A stretch of 64,000 bases of DNA from an uncultured virus (IMG/VR IMGVR_UViG_3300005077_000036) (taxonomy: Duplodnaviria; Heunggongvirae; Uroviricota; Caudoviricetes), in IMG/VR virus record IMGVR_UViG_3300005077_000036; one strand, written 5' to 3'. Every line of letters begins with the position of its first letter. The first letter of the stretch is position 1. The notes below the pieces were generated by a model, which had not been told where the DNA came from, did no database searches, and was given only the letters and a program-made list of their open reading frames with translations. Positions 56,521-64,000 of the stretch are shown here, one piece after another. The position numbers and the translations under genes were made by a program.

Positions 56521-57332
56521 ATACCGAGCTTACACGCCGGGCGACGGTCCGCGAACTCGTCGCCGCCTTCCAGACAGCCGAAGCGCAGGTCCGCTCATCG
56601 TTCGCGGCGCTCGTGCAGGCGGAGAAAGACCTGAACATCGCCTTCGGCGTCACCGGCATCCACCGAATCGATATCTCGGCGTCCGACCACCACTGGCGCA
56701 GCCGATTCGATGACGCGGACGCCGCAGTTGCCCGCATGGCTCGTGACGCGTGGAAGCTGATTGTTGACCGGCTAGAGCTGCATCGGGCCATGTCGATCAC
56801 GAGGTATGAGGCGCTGGCTCGGCAAATCCGCGATGGCAAGGATCTGCCGCCCATCACCGAGGAGGCGGTCGTAGCATTCGTGGCACAGTCCGCCGCCGAC
56901 CTGCCCACCATGTTCGAGGAGGCGATCCGCGAGGTGCACGACTGGCTACGTCCTCGCGGGAGCGCGTACAAGACGAACAGCGAATACGAGATCCCGCAGA
57001 AAGTCGTTCTCAGCTACGTGGTGGACCCCGTAGACAAGAGATGGGCGCCTGGACCCTTCCGTGTTTGCTACAGCACGGCACAACGCCTCATCGCCCTTGA
57101 GAACGTGTTCAACGGACTCGACGGCCGCGGACAGATCGCAAAGGACCACTACTCGCAACTACACCGTGCTATCGAGGCGTGCCCGCGTGATGTCGGTCAT
57201 GGAGAGACCGACTTGTTCAAATTCCGCGTGTTTGGGAACGGCAACGGACACCTGACGTTCAAGCGCAAGGACCTCCTGGCACGACTGAACCAAGTCGCTG
57301 GCGGCAAGCGCCTGCGTTCGGAGGCGGCGTGA
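56517..57332 (+). CDS. DUF4942-like protein
   Basis: LPPITEE, YKTNSEY, LIALENVFNGLDG, ETDLFKFRVFGNGNGHLTFKRKDL...LN. Confidence 0.75.
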   Translation: MNTELTRRATVRELVAAFQTAEAQVRSSFAALVQAEKDLNIAFGVTGIHRIDISASDHHWRSRFDDADAAVARMARDAWKLIVDRLELHRAMSITRYEALARQIRDGKDLPPITEEAVVAFVAQSAADLPTMFEEAIREVHDWLRPRGSAYKTNSEYEIPQKVVLSYVVDPVDKRWAPGPFRVCYSTAQRLIALENVFNGLDGRGQIAKDHYSQLHRAIEACPRDVGHGETDLFKFRVFGNGNGHLTFKRKDLLARLNQVAGGKRLRSEAA

Positions 57333-57382
57333 GCCCCACCGACGCGTACGACCGAGACTGACAAGCGAACGGAGCAAGAACA

Positions 57383-57712
57383 ATGGCGAATCACCTGAGG
57401 CTGGTTACGGAGCAAGCAGAGCCGGGCAAATGCCCGAATTGCGGAGACGCTTGGGGCGAGATCACACAGGGGGGCAAGGTCGTGTTCCGAGCATGCTTGA
57501 CATGCGGCACGCTCCCCGAGGACGCCCCTCGGAATCAGACCATCGAGGCCGAATGCAAGCAGTACGAACGGGCGATCGTGGACCTGTTCACGGTCGACGA
57601 TCGCTTCATGCGCGAGATCATCAGCGGAGACATCCGCGCCCTCATGCGCGACCGAGCGCGCCAGGCGAGGCAGTTTTTCCGGTACGCGCTTGCCGCAGCG
57701 AGGGACGCATGA
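57383..57712 (+). CDS. Zn-ribbon hypothetical protein
   Basis: CPNC...CLTC; GGAG RBS. Confidence 0.55.
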   Translation: MANHLRLVTEQAEPGKCPNCGDAWGEITQGGKVVFRACLTCGTLPEDAPRNQTIEAECKQYERAIVDLFTVDDRFMREIISGDIRALMRDRARQARQFFRYALAAARDA

Positions 57713-57849
57713 AGGGGCTCCGCAGTCACGAGATTCTCCCTCCCACCTAGCATCCGCCCCGCCCCTCCCTAGTTTCGAATCCGATTGCATACGCCATAAC
57801 ATGTGCTACTGTCCCCGCATAACACCAGCAGGGGACAGCGGAGGATCAC

Positions 57850-58239
57850 ATGAATTTTCCCACAGGCTCGACCAACATGAAGATTGTTTTCATCGCGGCC
57901 AAGGCGAACGTTGATTGCCTCATCACGTTCTACGAATTCGAGTGCAAGTTCTACGGCCACCTGCGCTTACGGTTCTACGCCGACGACGCAGTATTTGAAT
58001 CGAACGACCGCAAGGAATGCTTCAGCATGGGACCTCGGGAGGTAAGCAAGCGTGCGGAGCTTGAATCTGGCACTATCGCAGCCGCCCGAGAGTTGATCCA
58101 CGAAGTATGCGGTGGCATCGAGTTCGAAGACGAGGTCGTCATACCAAACGTCTCCGCCGAGGCGCTAATGGTGGCCCTGAGCAGCCGCGAGTGGGCTCAC
58201 ATTCGAGTGATCCCGGCTATGGGGCAGAAGGCAAACTGA
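57850..58239 (+). CDS. Hypothetical protein
   Basis: GGAGG RBS. Confidence 0.55.
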   Translation: MNFPTGSTNMKIVFIAAKANVDCLITFYEFECKFYGHLRLRFYADDAVFESNDRKECFSMGPREVSKRAELESGTIAAARELIHEVCGGIEFEDEVVIPNVSAEALMVALSSREWAHIRVIPAMGQKAN

Positions 58240-58363
58240 TGCGCGAGCAAAACATCAGACTATTCAGCCGGGTTATCGAAACGCTTCAGGCTTGGCGCGT
58301 GTCGGCCTGGCTGTTGTTCACCATTCTCACAACGGACGTCGACGAAGGAGGCGCTGGCGACGA

Positions 58364-58576
58364 ATGAGCGACGAGGAAACTGCCTGGTGCGACTTTGGAA
58401 ACTGTATTGAGAAGGCGAGAGTACTCGTGTCCATACGGGTAATCCGAGACGACCGCGTCGAGCAGAGGCCCATGTGCGAGGCGTGCGCGCGCATGGCAGA
58501 GGTCATCTACTCGCAGAACCCGGAGCTTTTCAGCTTTGCGGGGAAGGTAGAGCTACCAGGAAGCCACGTCAAATGA
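58364..58576 (+). CDS. Small Cys-motif protein
   Basis: CDFGNC...CEAC. Confidence 0.45.
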   Translation: MSDEETAWCDFGNCIEKARVLVSIRVIRDDRVEQRPMCEACARMAEVIYSQNPELFSFAGKVELPGSHVK

Positions 58577-58890
58577 CTAACCATCGAATAAAACAAATCC
58601 GAGAGTCGCTCGGCCTGAAGCCCTCAACGTGGGCAGGCATCCTGGGCGTGCACGTTGTAACCGTGTACCGGTGGGAGCAAGAGCAAGACGCCTCTCCAAT
58701 TCAAGGGATAAACGCTCACATCCTCGCTGTGCTTGACACCATGGACGACGCTCGACTGCCAGCGCTCGGGAAGGCTCTCGAAATAGCGTACCTGACAGGC
58801 GGCCCAATGCTCGCAATGCACATTTTGCTCCGCGAGCACTTCAGGCACTTGAAAGGCACGGAAGCGTGGCCGAAAGGAGAGGGCGCTTGA
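58573..58890 (+). CDS. XRE HTH protein
   Basis: IKQIRESLGLKPSTWAGILGVHVVTVYRWE. Confidence 0.75.
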   Translation: MTNHRIKQIRESLGLKPSTWAGILGVHVVTVYRWEQEQDASPIQGINAHILAVLDTMDDARLPALGKALEIAYLTGGPMLAMHILLREHFRHLKGTEAWPKGEGA

Positions 58891-58892
58891 CC

Positions 58893-60572
58893 ATGGAGAT
58901 CCCTGCGCCTCCAAACCTCGCCTATCGCAATTTCCAGAAAGAAGGCATCGAGTTCGCACTCCGAGTGCTGCAGAACAACCGAGCATGCCTACTCGCCGAC
59001 GACCAGGGCGTCGGCAAAACCATCGAGGGCCTTGGTCTTGTGAACGCGCTGGCGGCCCAAGGCAAATGCACCCGCACGGTTGTCGTCACACCCGCACGGG
59101 TGGTGCGAAGCTGGGAAGCCGAGGCGTGCAAGTGGCTCGTGCAGCCCACAACCATCGAAGTCCCCTCGTCTGCTGACGACTGTTTCCCGCAGGGACCCAG
59201 GTTCACGATCGTCAACGTGGAGAAGCTCGTGGGCTCCCGTGCAAAAGGACTGCGAGAGCAGCTGATCAAGGAACCGATCGATCTACTCATCGTTGACGAA
59301 ATTCATCGGTACGCAAACAGCAAGAAGTCCTACTTCGCCTCGGTGTTTAGCTCGAAGAAGCAGGACGTGCGCGGCCTGTGTGCTGTTTCCTCCAACGTGC
59401 TCGCCCTATCGGGAACGCCAGCACCGAACGGCCCTCGCGACATGGCGTCATGGGCGGCGTACCTCTGGCCGCGAATTTTCGAATCCGAGTTCAAGTTCAA
59501 GGTTCGGTACTGCGACGGCAGACGGGTAACCATCCCGACGCGCGGAGATCCCGAGCGGAAGATTTGGATGTTCACAGGCCGATCGCACATGGACGAGCTG
59601 CGAGAAAAACTGCGGCCCGTGATGCTTAGACGAAGGAAGGATCAGGTGCTTACCGAACTTCCCGAGAAGCAGCGCCAGCTTGTGGAGATTGATCTGGACG
59701 CGCCGCTGCTGAACAAAGTCGCGTGGAAGAGCGACAACGATCTGGTGCGCGACCTGAGCGCGTTCAAAGACAACCTGTCCTCCGCGCCCGAGGAGCTTCT
59801 CAAAAAGACGTCCGCTGGCATGACCAAGGAGCTTCGCGAGGTCGGTCTTGCGAAAGCCAAAGCGGTCGCTGAGGCGATCGACGACGCCGCATCCGACCCG
59901 TGGAGGAAAATCATCGTCTTCACATGGCACCACGCGGTCACGGACGAAATCGCCCGCGAGACAAATGCACGATGCGTCGTGCTCGACGGTCGAACAAGCG
60001 CCTCGGAGGCCAAGAAAATCATCGACCGATTTCAGGCAGTGGAGAGCAAAGATCAGGTGCTTGTGGCCTCGCTCAAGGCCGCAGGCGTGGGAATCACGCT
60101 CACAGCCGCAAGCCTCGTGCTCATCGCCCAGCCAAGCTGGACGCCAGCGGACATGCTCCAAGCCGAGGACCGTGCATACCGTATGGGGCAGAAAAATAAG
60201 GTGCTGATTCGCTACTTCGTAGGCAGAAAGAGCGTCGAATGCGCCGTTGTTCGGGCGGCAATCGAGAAGCTCGAAGCAGGCGAGGTCATCGTCGGCGACA
60301 AGGACACTCGCCTGGGGTACGCCCCGTTTCAAAGAAAACTCGCTGCCGATCTGGCGAGGACCCTTCGCCTATCAGTGGACACGCGGCGGTCGTACGGGCT
60401 GAACGTTCAGATGACGTCGTTCGAGAGGATTCTCATCGCGTCGTGCGCCCAAGCTGAGTTTCTCACACAGAAGCAAACAGCCGTCATCTGGCGGCTTATC
60501 GAGCGAAACGCGGGGTCGGTTCCGCCTGATCTGGTGCAAGCACTCAGGCTAACGGACGGATCGAAGGGGTAG
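58893..60572 (+). CDS. SNF2/HARP-like SF2 helicase
   Basis: LLADDQGVGKT, IVDEIH, LSGTP, LRRRKDQVL, GVGITLT, QAEDRAYRMGQ. Confidence 0.9.
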   Translation: MEIPAPPNLAYRNFQKEGIEFALRVLQNNRACLLADDQGVGKTIEGLGLVNALAAQGKCTRTVVVTPARVVRSWEAEACKWLVQPTTIEVPSSADDCFPQGPRFTIVNVEKLVGSRAKGLREQLIKEPIDLLIVDEIHRYANSKKSYFASVFSSKKQDVRGLCAVSSNVLALSGTPAPNGPRDMASWAAYLWPRIFESEFKFKVRYCDGRRVTIPTRGDPERKIWMFTGRSHMDELREKLRPVMLRRRKDQVLTELPEKQRQLVEIDLDAPLLNKVAWKSDNDLVRDLSAFKDNLSSAPEELLKKTSAGMTKELREVGLAKAKAVAEAIDDAASDPWRKIIVFTWHHAVTDEIARETNARCVVLDGRTSASEAKKIIDRFQAVESKDQVLVASLKAAGVGITLTAASLVLIAQPSWTPADMLQAEDRAYRMGQKNKVLIRYFVGRKSVECAVVRAAIEKLEAGEVIVGDKDTRLGYAPFQRKLAADLARTLRLSVDTRRSYGLNVQMTSFERILIASCAQAEFLTQKQTAVIWRLIERNAGSVPPDLVQALRLTDGSKG

Positions 60573-60575
60573 TCA

Positions 60576-60977
60576 ATGGCATTTATCAATGAGGGCGAAG
60601 TTGGGGGATTGCGAGCACTTGTTCCAATCCAAGCAAACAGAATCGAAGATGGCGAGAGCATAACCGGCGCGGAGCTAAGGGAGCTTCGAATTTCGCGAGG
60701 CAGGTCGCTCGAAGACATCGCTGAGCGGGTGGGAATGAGCCCCGCCTTACTCGATGAGATCGAGCGGTGCGTCAGGCTCAGCGTCGATTTTGGGAAGCTC
60801 CGCGAAATCCTCCGCGTGGCTGACTGGCTCCGGCGAGACCCAATCAGAGTCTCCTACGGGGGCACGAGCCCTCAAGCGCCGAGCCATACCACCGCAATCG
60901 CTGGCATCCAACAAGCACCACCGCTCCCATCAGGAAGGGTTTTCGATTTTTCAGAAGAAAGTGGTCGAAACGAATAA
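60576..60977 (+). CDS. XRE HTH protein with RVFDFSEE tail
   Basis: LRELRISRGRSLEDIAERVGMSPALLDEIER. Confidence 0.7.
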   Translation: MAFINEGEVGGLRALVPIQANRIEDGESITGAELRELRISRGRSLEDIAERVGMSPALLDEIERCVRLSVDFGKLREILRVADWLRRDPIRVSYGGTSPQAPSHTTAIAGIQQAPPLPSGRVFDFSEESGRNE

Positions 60978-61012
60978 CGCTGGCGGGAGCCCAAGCCTTC
61001 CGACGGCCCGCG

Positions 61013-61047
61013 TTGACGATGCGGGACCGCCCACGTATGATCTTACC
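61013..61047 (+). promoter_or_regulatory. Sigma70 leaderless promoter
   Basis: TTGACG-17 nt-TATGAT-6 nt-ATG (61048). Confidence 0.7.
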
Positions 61048-61557
61048 ATGGCTGGCATATTCGGTAACGAGCGCGATTACGGCATCTTCGGACGCATCGT
61101 CGGCGATGTTGTCGATAAAAGAATTGGAGATGTTCAAGACATGCTGCAGGTGGTTGATCGCTACGCGACCACATCTACTACGACCACATCTGATCACCGA
61201 TGGCCGCTCCTGCCCCCTCCGGACATGTATGGGAGGGACGGCCGCTTGAACCACGAGTATCGGAGGGATGACTCCGAACTTCGGGAGCGCTTGCGCCAGC
61301 TCACGGCGGAAAGGGAGCGAGCGCAGGCCGATCGCGCGGCCCTTCAGCGAAAGCTCGACGAGCTGGAAAGACAGCGTCAGGACAGGGAGCGAAACCAAAT
61401 CATAGAGGAGCTTGCTGCGATTCGACTTGAACAGGAAGCGCGCGCCCGGCAGGTACGCTCCCAGCCTGCCCAGGCGAAGCCCAAGCAGCCGAAGCCGAAG
61501 CAGCTGACAGCCGGGACCGGAGGCGCGGACCGGCGCTTCGATTTCTCCGACGAGTAG
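61048..61557 (+). CDS. Coiled-coil protein ending RRFDFSDE
   Basis: Starts right after the promoter; coiled-coil centre. Confidence 0.6.
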   Translation: MAGIFGNERDYGIFGRIVGDVVDKRIGDVQDMLQVVDRYATTSTTTTSDHRWPLLPPPDMYGRDGRLNHEYRRDDSELRERLRQLTAERERAQADRAALQRKLDELERQRQDRERNQIIEELAAIRLEQEARARQVRSQPAQAKPKQPKPKQLTAGTGGADRRFDFSDE

Positions 61558-61585
61558 CTAAGCGTTCGCTTAGCAAATGCTTGAC
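61557..61585. promoter_or_regulatory. Triple-heptamer operator, copy 4 (reverse orientation), overlapping the -35 TTGACG
   Basis: GCTAAGC-GTTC-GCTTAGC-AAAT-GCTTGAC. Confidence 0.7.
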
Positions 61586-61617
61586 GACCAGCGCCGTCGC
61601 AGGCACGCTCCAATTTC

Positions 61618-62385
61618 ATGACGCAGCAAGGTCGAATCCGCTGGCATTTGGATTCTCGCCTGGTCTCGTACTCGATCGCCGTCTCCTCCGAGTACGCAGA
61701 GGGCAAGAACAACGTAGTGGCCTACACGACACGGTTGTGTGCACAGGCCGCCTTGCAGGCCGCTGCTGGGCTTGCAGCTCTCAAGCAGGCCTGTGAGGCT
61801 GCTTCAGATGCGGACGCCATCTTGCCCGGCGAGGATGGCGCGAAAAAAGACCGAGTCGCCACCGTCTTCCGATCACTCGCAGGAATCATCGAAGCACAAG
61901 CCGGCGAGCTTCGCGACACCTTCGAACTCATCTGCGTCCTCGCGGAGAACACGAACGAACAGCATCCCGCGATGGATAACATGCGCGCCTTGGCTCGGGG
62001 AATGGGGCTCGACCTGTCCGAGCTTCAGGTGCACGAGGACTCCGCGATCTACGCGGACGAGGCCGTAAAGCAAGCTCCCGAAAGGCCCATGCGAAAAAAG
62101 GGCAGCGCTCGCCCTGCGCAGCTCACCAAGGACTTGTACCGGGCCGACCGCATCCGGGATCTGGTCACGAAATGCCTCGCCCGAGAGATATTCTACGTTC
62201 GCACGGGCCCCCTCACAGGATCTCTAGTGCCCATCGAAGGACGAACAGCCTCCGGGTGGGTTGAGCTGGGGCGATTCCGAGCGTCCATGCGTGACGTGAA
62301 GCACGTGTGCAAGAAAGCCAACCGAGAACTATCCTCCCTCAAGCACACGCACCGCGACATCCTCGAAGAGAACGGGCTGTCATGA
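61618..62385 (+). CDS. Hypothetical protein
   Basis: 255 aa ORF ATGA-coupled to the recombinase. Confidence 0.6.
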   Translation: MTQQGRIRWHLDSRLVSYSIAVSSEYAEGKNNVVAYTTRLCAQAALQAAAGLAALKQACEAASDADAILPGEDGAKKDRVATVFRSLAGIIEAQAGELRDTFELICVLAENTNEQHPAMDNMRALARGMGLDLSELQVHEDSAIYADEAVKQAPERPMRKKGSARPAQLTKDLYRADRIRDLVTKCLAREIFYVRTGPLTGSLVPIEGRTASGWVELGRFRASMRDVKHVCKKANRELSSLKHTHRDILEENGLS

Positions 62386-64000
62386 ACCAGCCGCCACGAT
62401 TCCCAGGCGATTTGATCCCCAATCGCCCCGACGCTCTCGGCGTCGAACCCGATTCGCTCGCTCGCGAAGTGCCTTATGGTCAAGTTCGAGCAGAGTCTAC
62501 GAAATATCTCAATGCTCTTCGTCGCCTGGTCGCCCGCCTGGAGTCTTACGCAGGCGACACCTCCGAAGAATACCGGCGAGGCAAACGAAGCAGCCGGATG
62601 TCAGGCTCCGCGACTGCGAGGGTGTACCTTCGCTCGGTCGAGATTTGGAGCGGGTACTGCTACGAGAAATTCGGCAGAGAGCTTGATCCGGGCGAAGTGA
62701 GCGTCGAGGAGACGTACAAATTCGCCAAATGGATGCTCGGAGGAAACGATCCGAAAGGCCTCGCTCGAATCAACCCAGACACGAGAGGCTTTACGGTCCG
62801 CTCCAAGGGCGATGATGCGTACCGCTTGTTCCAAGCCTGCATCAGAGCAACGCGAACGCGCCAGCGCGTGACCATCGCAGACATCGCCAACGAGCTTGAG
62901 CCGGACCTTCGGGCGAAGTGGGGTGTGACCGGGGAAACGTACGCCGGACTGCACGACGCGATGATCGTGCTCACCCGAGAACTTCGCGTGGTCGACCGCC
63001 TTCCTCCCCTTCGCGAGCTTCGAGCCAAGTACAAAGGGTACAACCCGGACGTCGAAAAAAATCCTCTCACGTACCGCTACGAGGTGTCTCCCGCGAAAGC
63101 CTTGAAGATTTCGAGCGTGGCGGAGTATCTGTCGTGCTTGTCAGCGGTGTGGCGGGAATTCAATCAGCCAGAGTCGGGGTACGAGGGACCGCCGCTGCGA
63201 TTCAACCCGTGGACCGAAGTGGCAAGAGACTACGCCCGGAGGACCGCACGCCAAGTACGTGAGCGCAAAGAAGCCGGCGAATCCACCGTCATCACCACAC
63301 CCCTCGTGAAAGCGTGCCTCCTCGCTGCCGCTGGCGTGGGCCTCGAACAGCGCCGAGACACGCTGCTTTTGAACATCTTGGCTCGACAAGGACTCCGCTC
63401 GGAGGAGATCGCCGCAGCGCAGCGGCAAGACGTGAAGGATCAAGATGGCGTGCTCATCCTTTCAGTTGTTGGGAAAGGCAGAAAGCGTCGAACCATAGCT
63501 CTTTCATCAGCCGTGCGAGATGCTCTCACGGCCATGGACACCACCCTGCAGGAATTGACTGGACAGCGCCGCAAAAATAACGAAGGCATCATCGAGCCGT
63601 CCTACGGAGCGAGGTACGCAGCAGAGCTGCTGGAACCCACGTCCCCGCTCTGTCCAAGCCTCGTTCGATGGGGCGCCAACGCACGCGACGAGTTCCCCGA
63701 AGTGGCGGCGCGAGAGCCTCTCGACGTCTCCGGTATCCGAGCGATTATCTCCCGAATCGCAGAGCGAGCCCGCGTTCGAGAGGTGGCAACGGGCGTCATC
63801 AGACCCCTGAGCGCGGAGGAGCGGCAGCGGGTCCACCCACACTCGTTTCGCCACTACTACGCGACCGCTGCACAGAAAAACAACGTTCCCATCCGACAAA
63901 TCCAAGAGGATCTCGGACACGCGACGCTGAGCACCACCGAAACGTACGTCGAGGTGTTCACTCAGAAGAGCCTCGCAGCATCAACCGCGGTCGGTCGAGA
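62382..64000 (+). CDS. Tyrosine recombinase/integrase (partial, runs off the window)
   Basis: Manual translation: RRDTLLLNILARQGLRSEEI, VVGKGRK, HPHSFRH, LGHATLSTTETY (R-K-H-R-H-Y set). Confidence 0.9.
   Translation, partial: MNQPPRFPGDLIPNRPDALGVEPDSLAREVPYGQVRAESTKYLNALRRLVARLESYAGDTSEEYRRGKRSSRMSGSATARVYLRSVEIWSGYCYEKFGRELDPGEVSVEETYKFAKWMLGGNDPKGLARINPDTRGFTVRSKGDDAYRLFQACIRATRTRQRVTIADIANELEPDLRAKWGVTGETYAGLHDAMIVLTRELRVVDRLPPLRELRAKYKGYNPDVEKNPLTYRYEVSPAKALKISSVAEYLSCLSAVWREFNQPESGYEGPPLRFNPWTEVARDYARRTARQVRERKEAGESTVITTPLVKACLLAAAGVGLEQRRDTLLLNILARQGLRSEEIAAAQRQDVKDQDGVLILSVVGKGRKRRTIALSSAVRDALTAMDTTLQELTGQRRKNNEGIIEPSYGARYAAELLEPTSPLCPSLVRWGANARDEFPEVAAREPLDVSGIRAIISRIAERARVREVATGVIRPLSAEERQRVHPHSFRHYYATAAQKNNVPIRQIQEDLGHATLSTTETYVEVFTQKSLAASTAVGR

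Noticed and set aside
1..64000. tRNA, rRNA, IS elements, capsid or terminase genes
   Set aside because: None recognised by eye; tRNAscan-SE, Infernal and HMM searches are needed to exclude divergent copies.

Overview
GC-rich, gene-dense 64 kb segment that reads as part of a large bacterial virus or prophage-like element. I found no housekeeping genes, rRNA, tRNA or CRISPR array, and no recognisable capsid, portal, terminase or tail genes. Cys-rich lipoproteins suggest a myxobacteria-like host (weak inference). Recognisable genes: YqaJ-RecT-SSB recombination module, RusA-HTH, DEDDh exonuclease, SNF2 helicase, ParB-like protein, tyrosine recombinase (runs off the end), GH25 lysozyme, holin-like protein, papain-like protease, kinase-like protein, and a glycosylation cassette with an SqdB-like UDP-sulfoquinovose synthase. 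A co-oriented, SD-led block of small genes (about 43.5-58.9 kb) carries a Ycf46-like AAA/DUF1257/DUF2997/DUF3150-like operon. Most notable: (1) a recurring Arg-rich/Asn tag (ARxN, YYxxNR..R) at the termini or just after the TM helix of many unrelated proteins, including a five-gene array whose members all end in the same DWRPD..PEDYYxxNR tail, a candidate virion cargo-packaging and maturation system; (2) an AAA+ ATPase whose Walker B block precedes Walker A; (3) an R-x-F-D-[FWM] motif at or near the C-terminus of five proteins; (4) a triple-heptamer GCTAAGC operator at five promoter regions. Family assignments come from motif recognition by eye, not database searches. Several apparent indels may be assembly errors.
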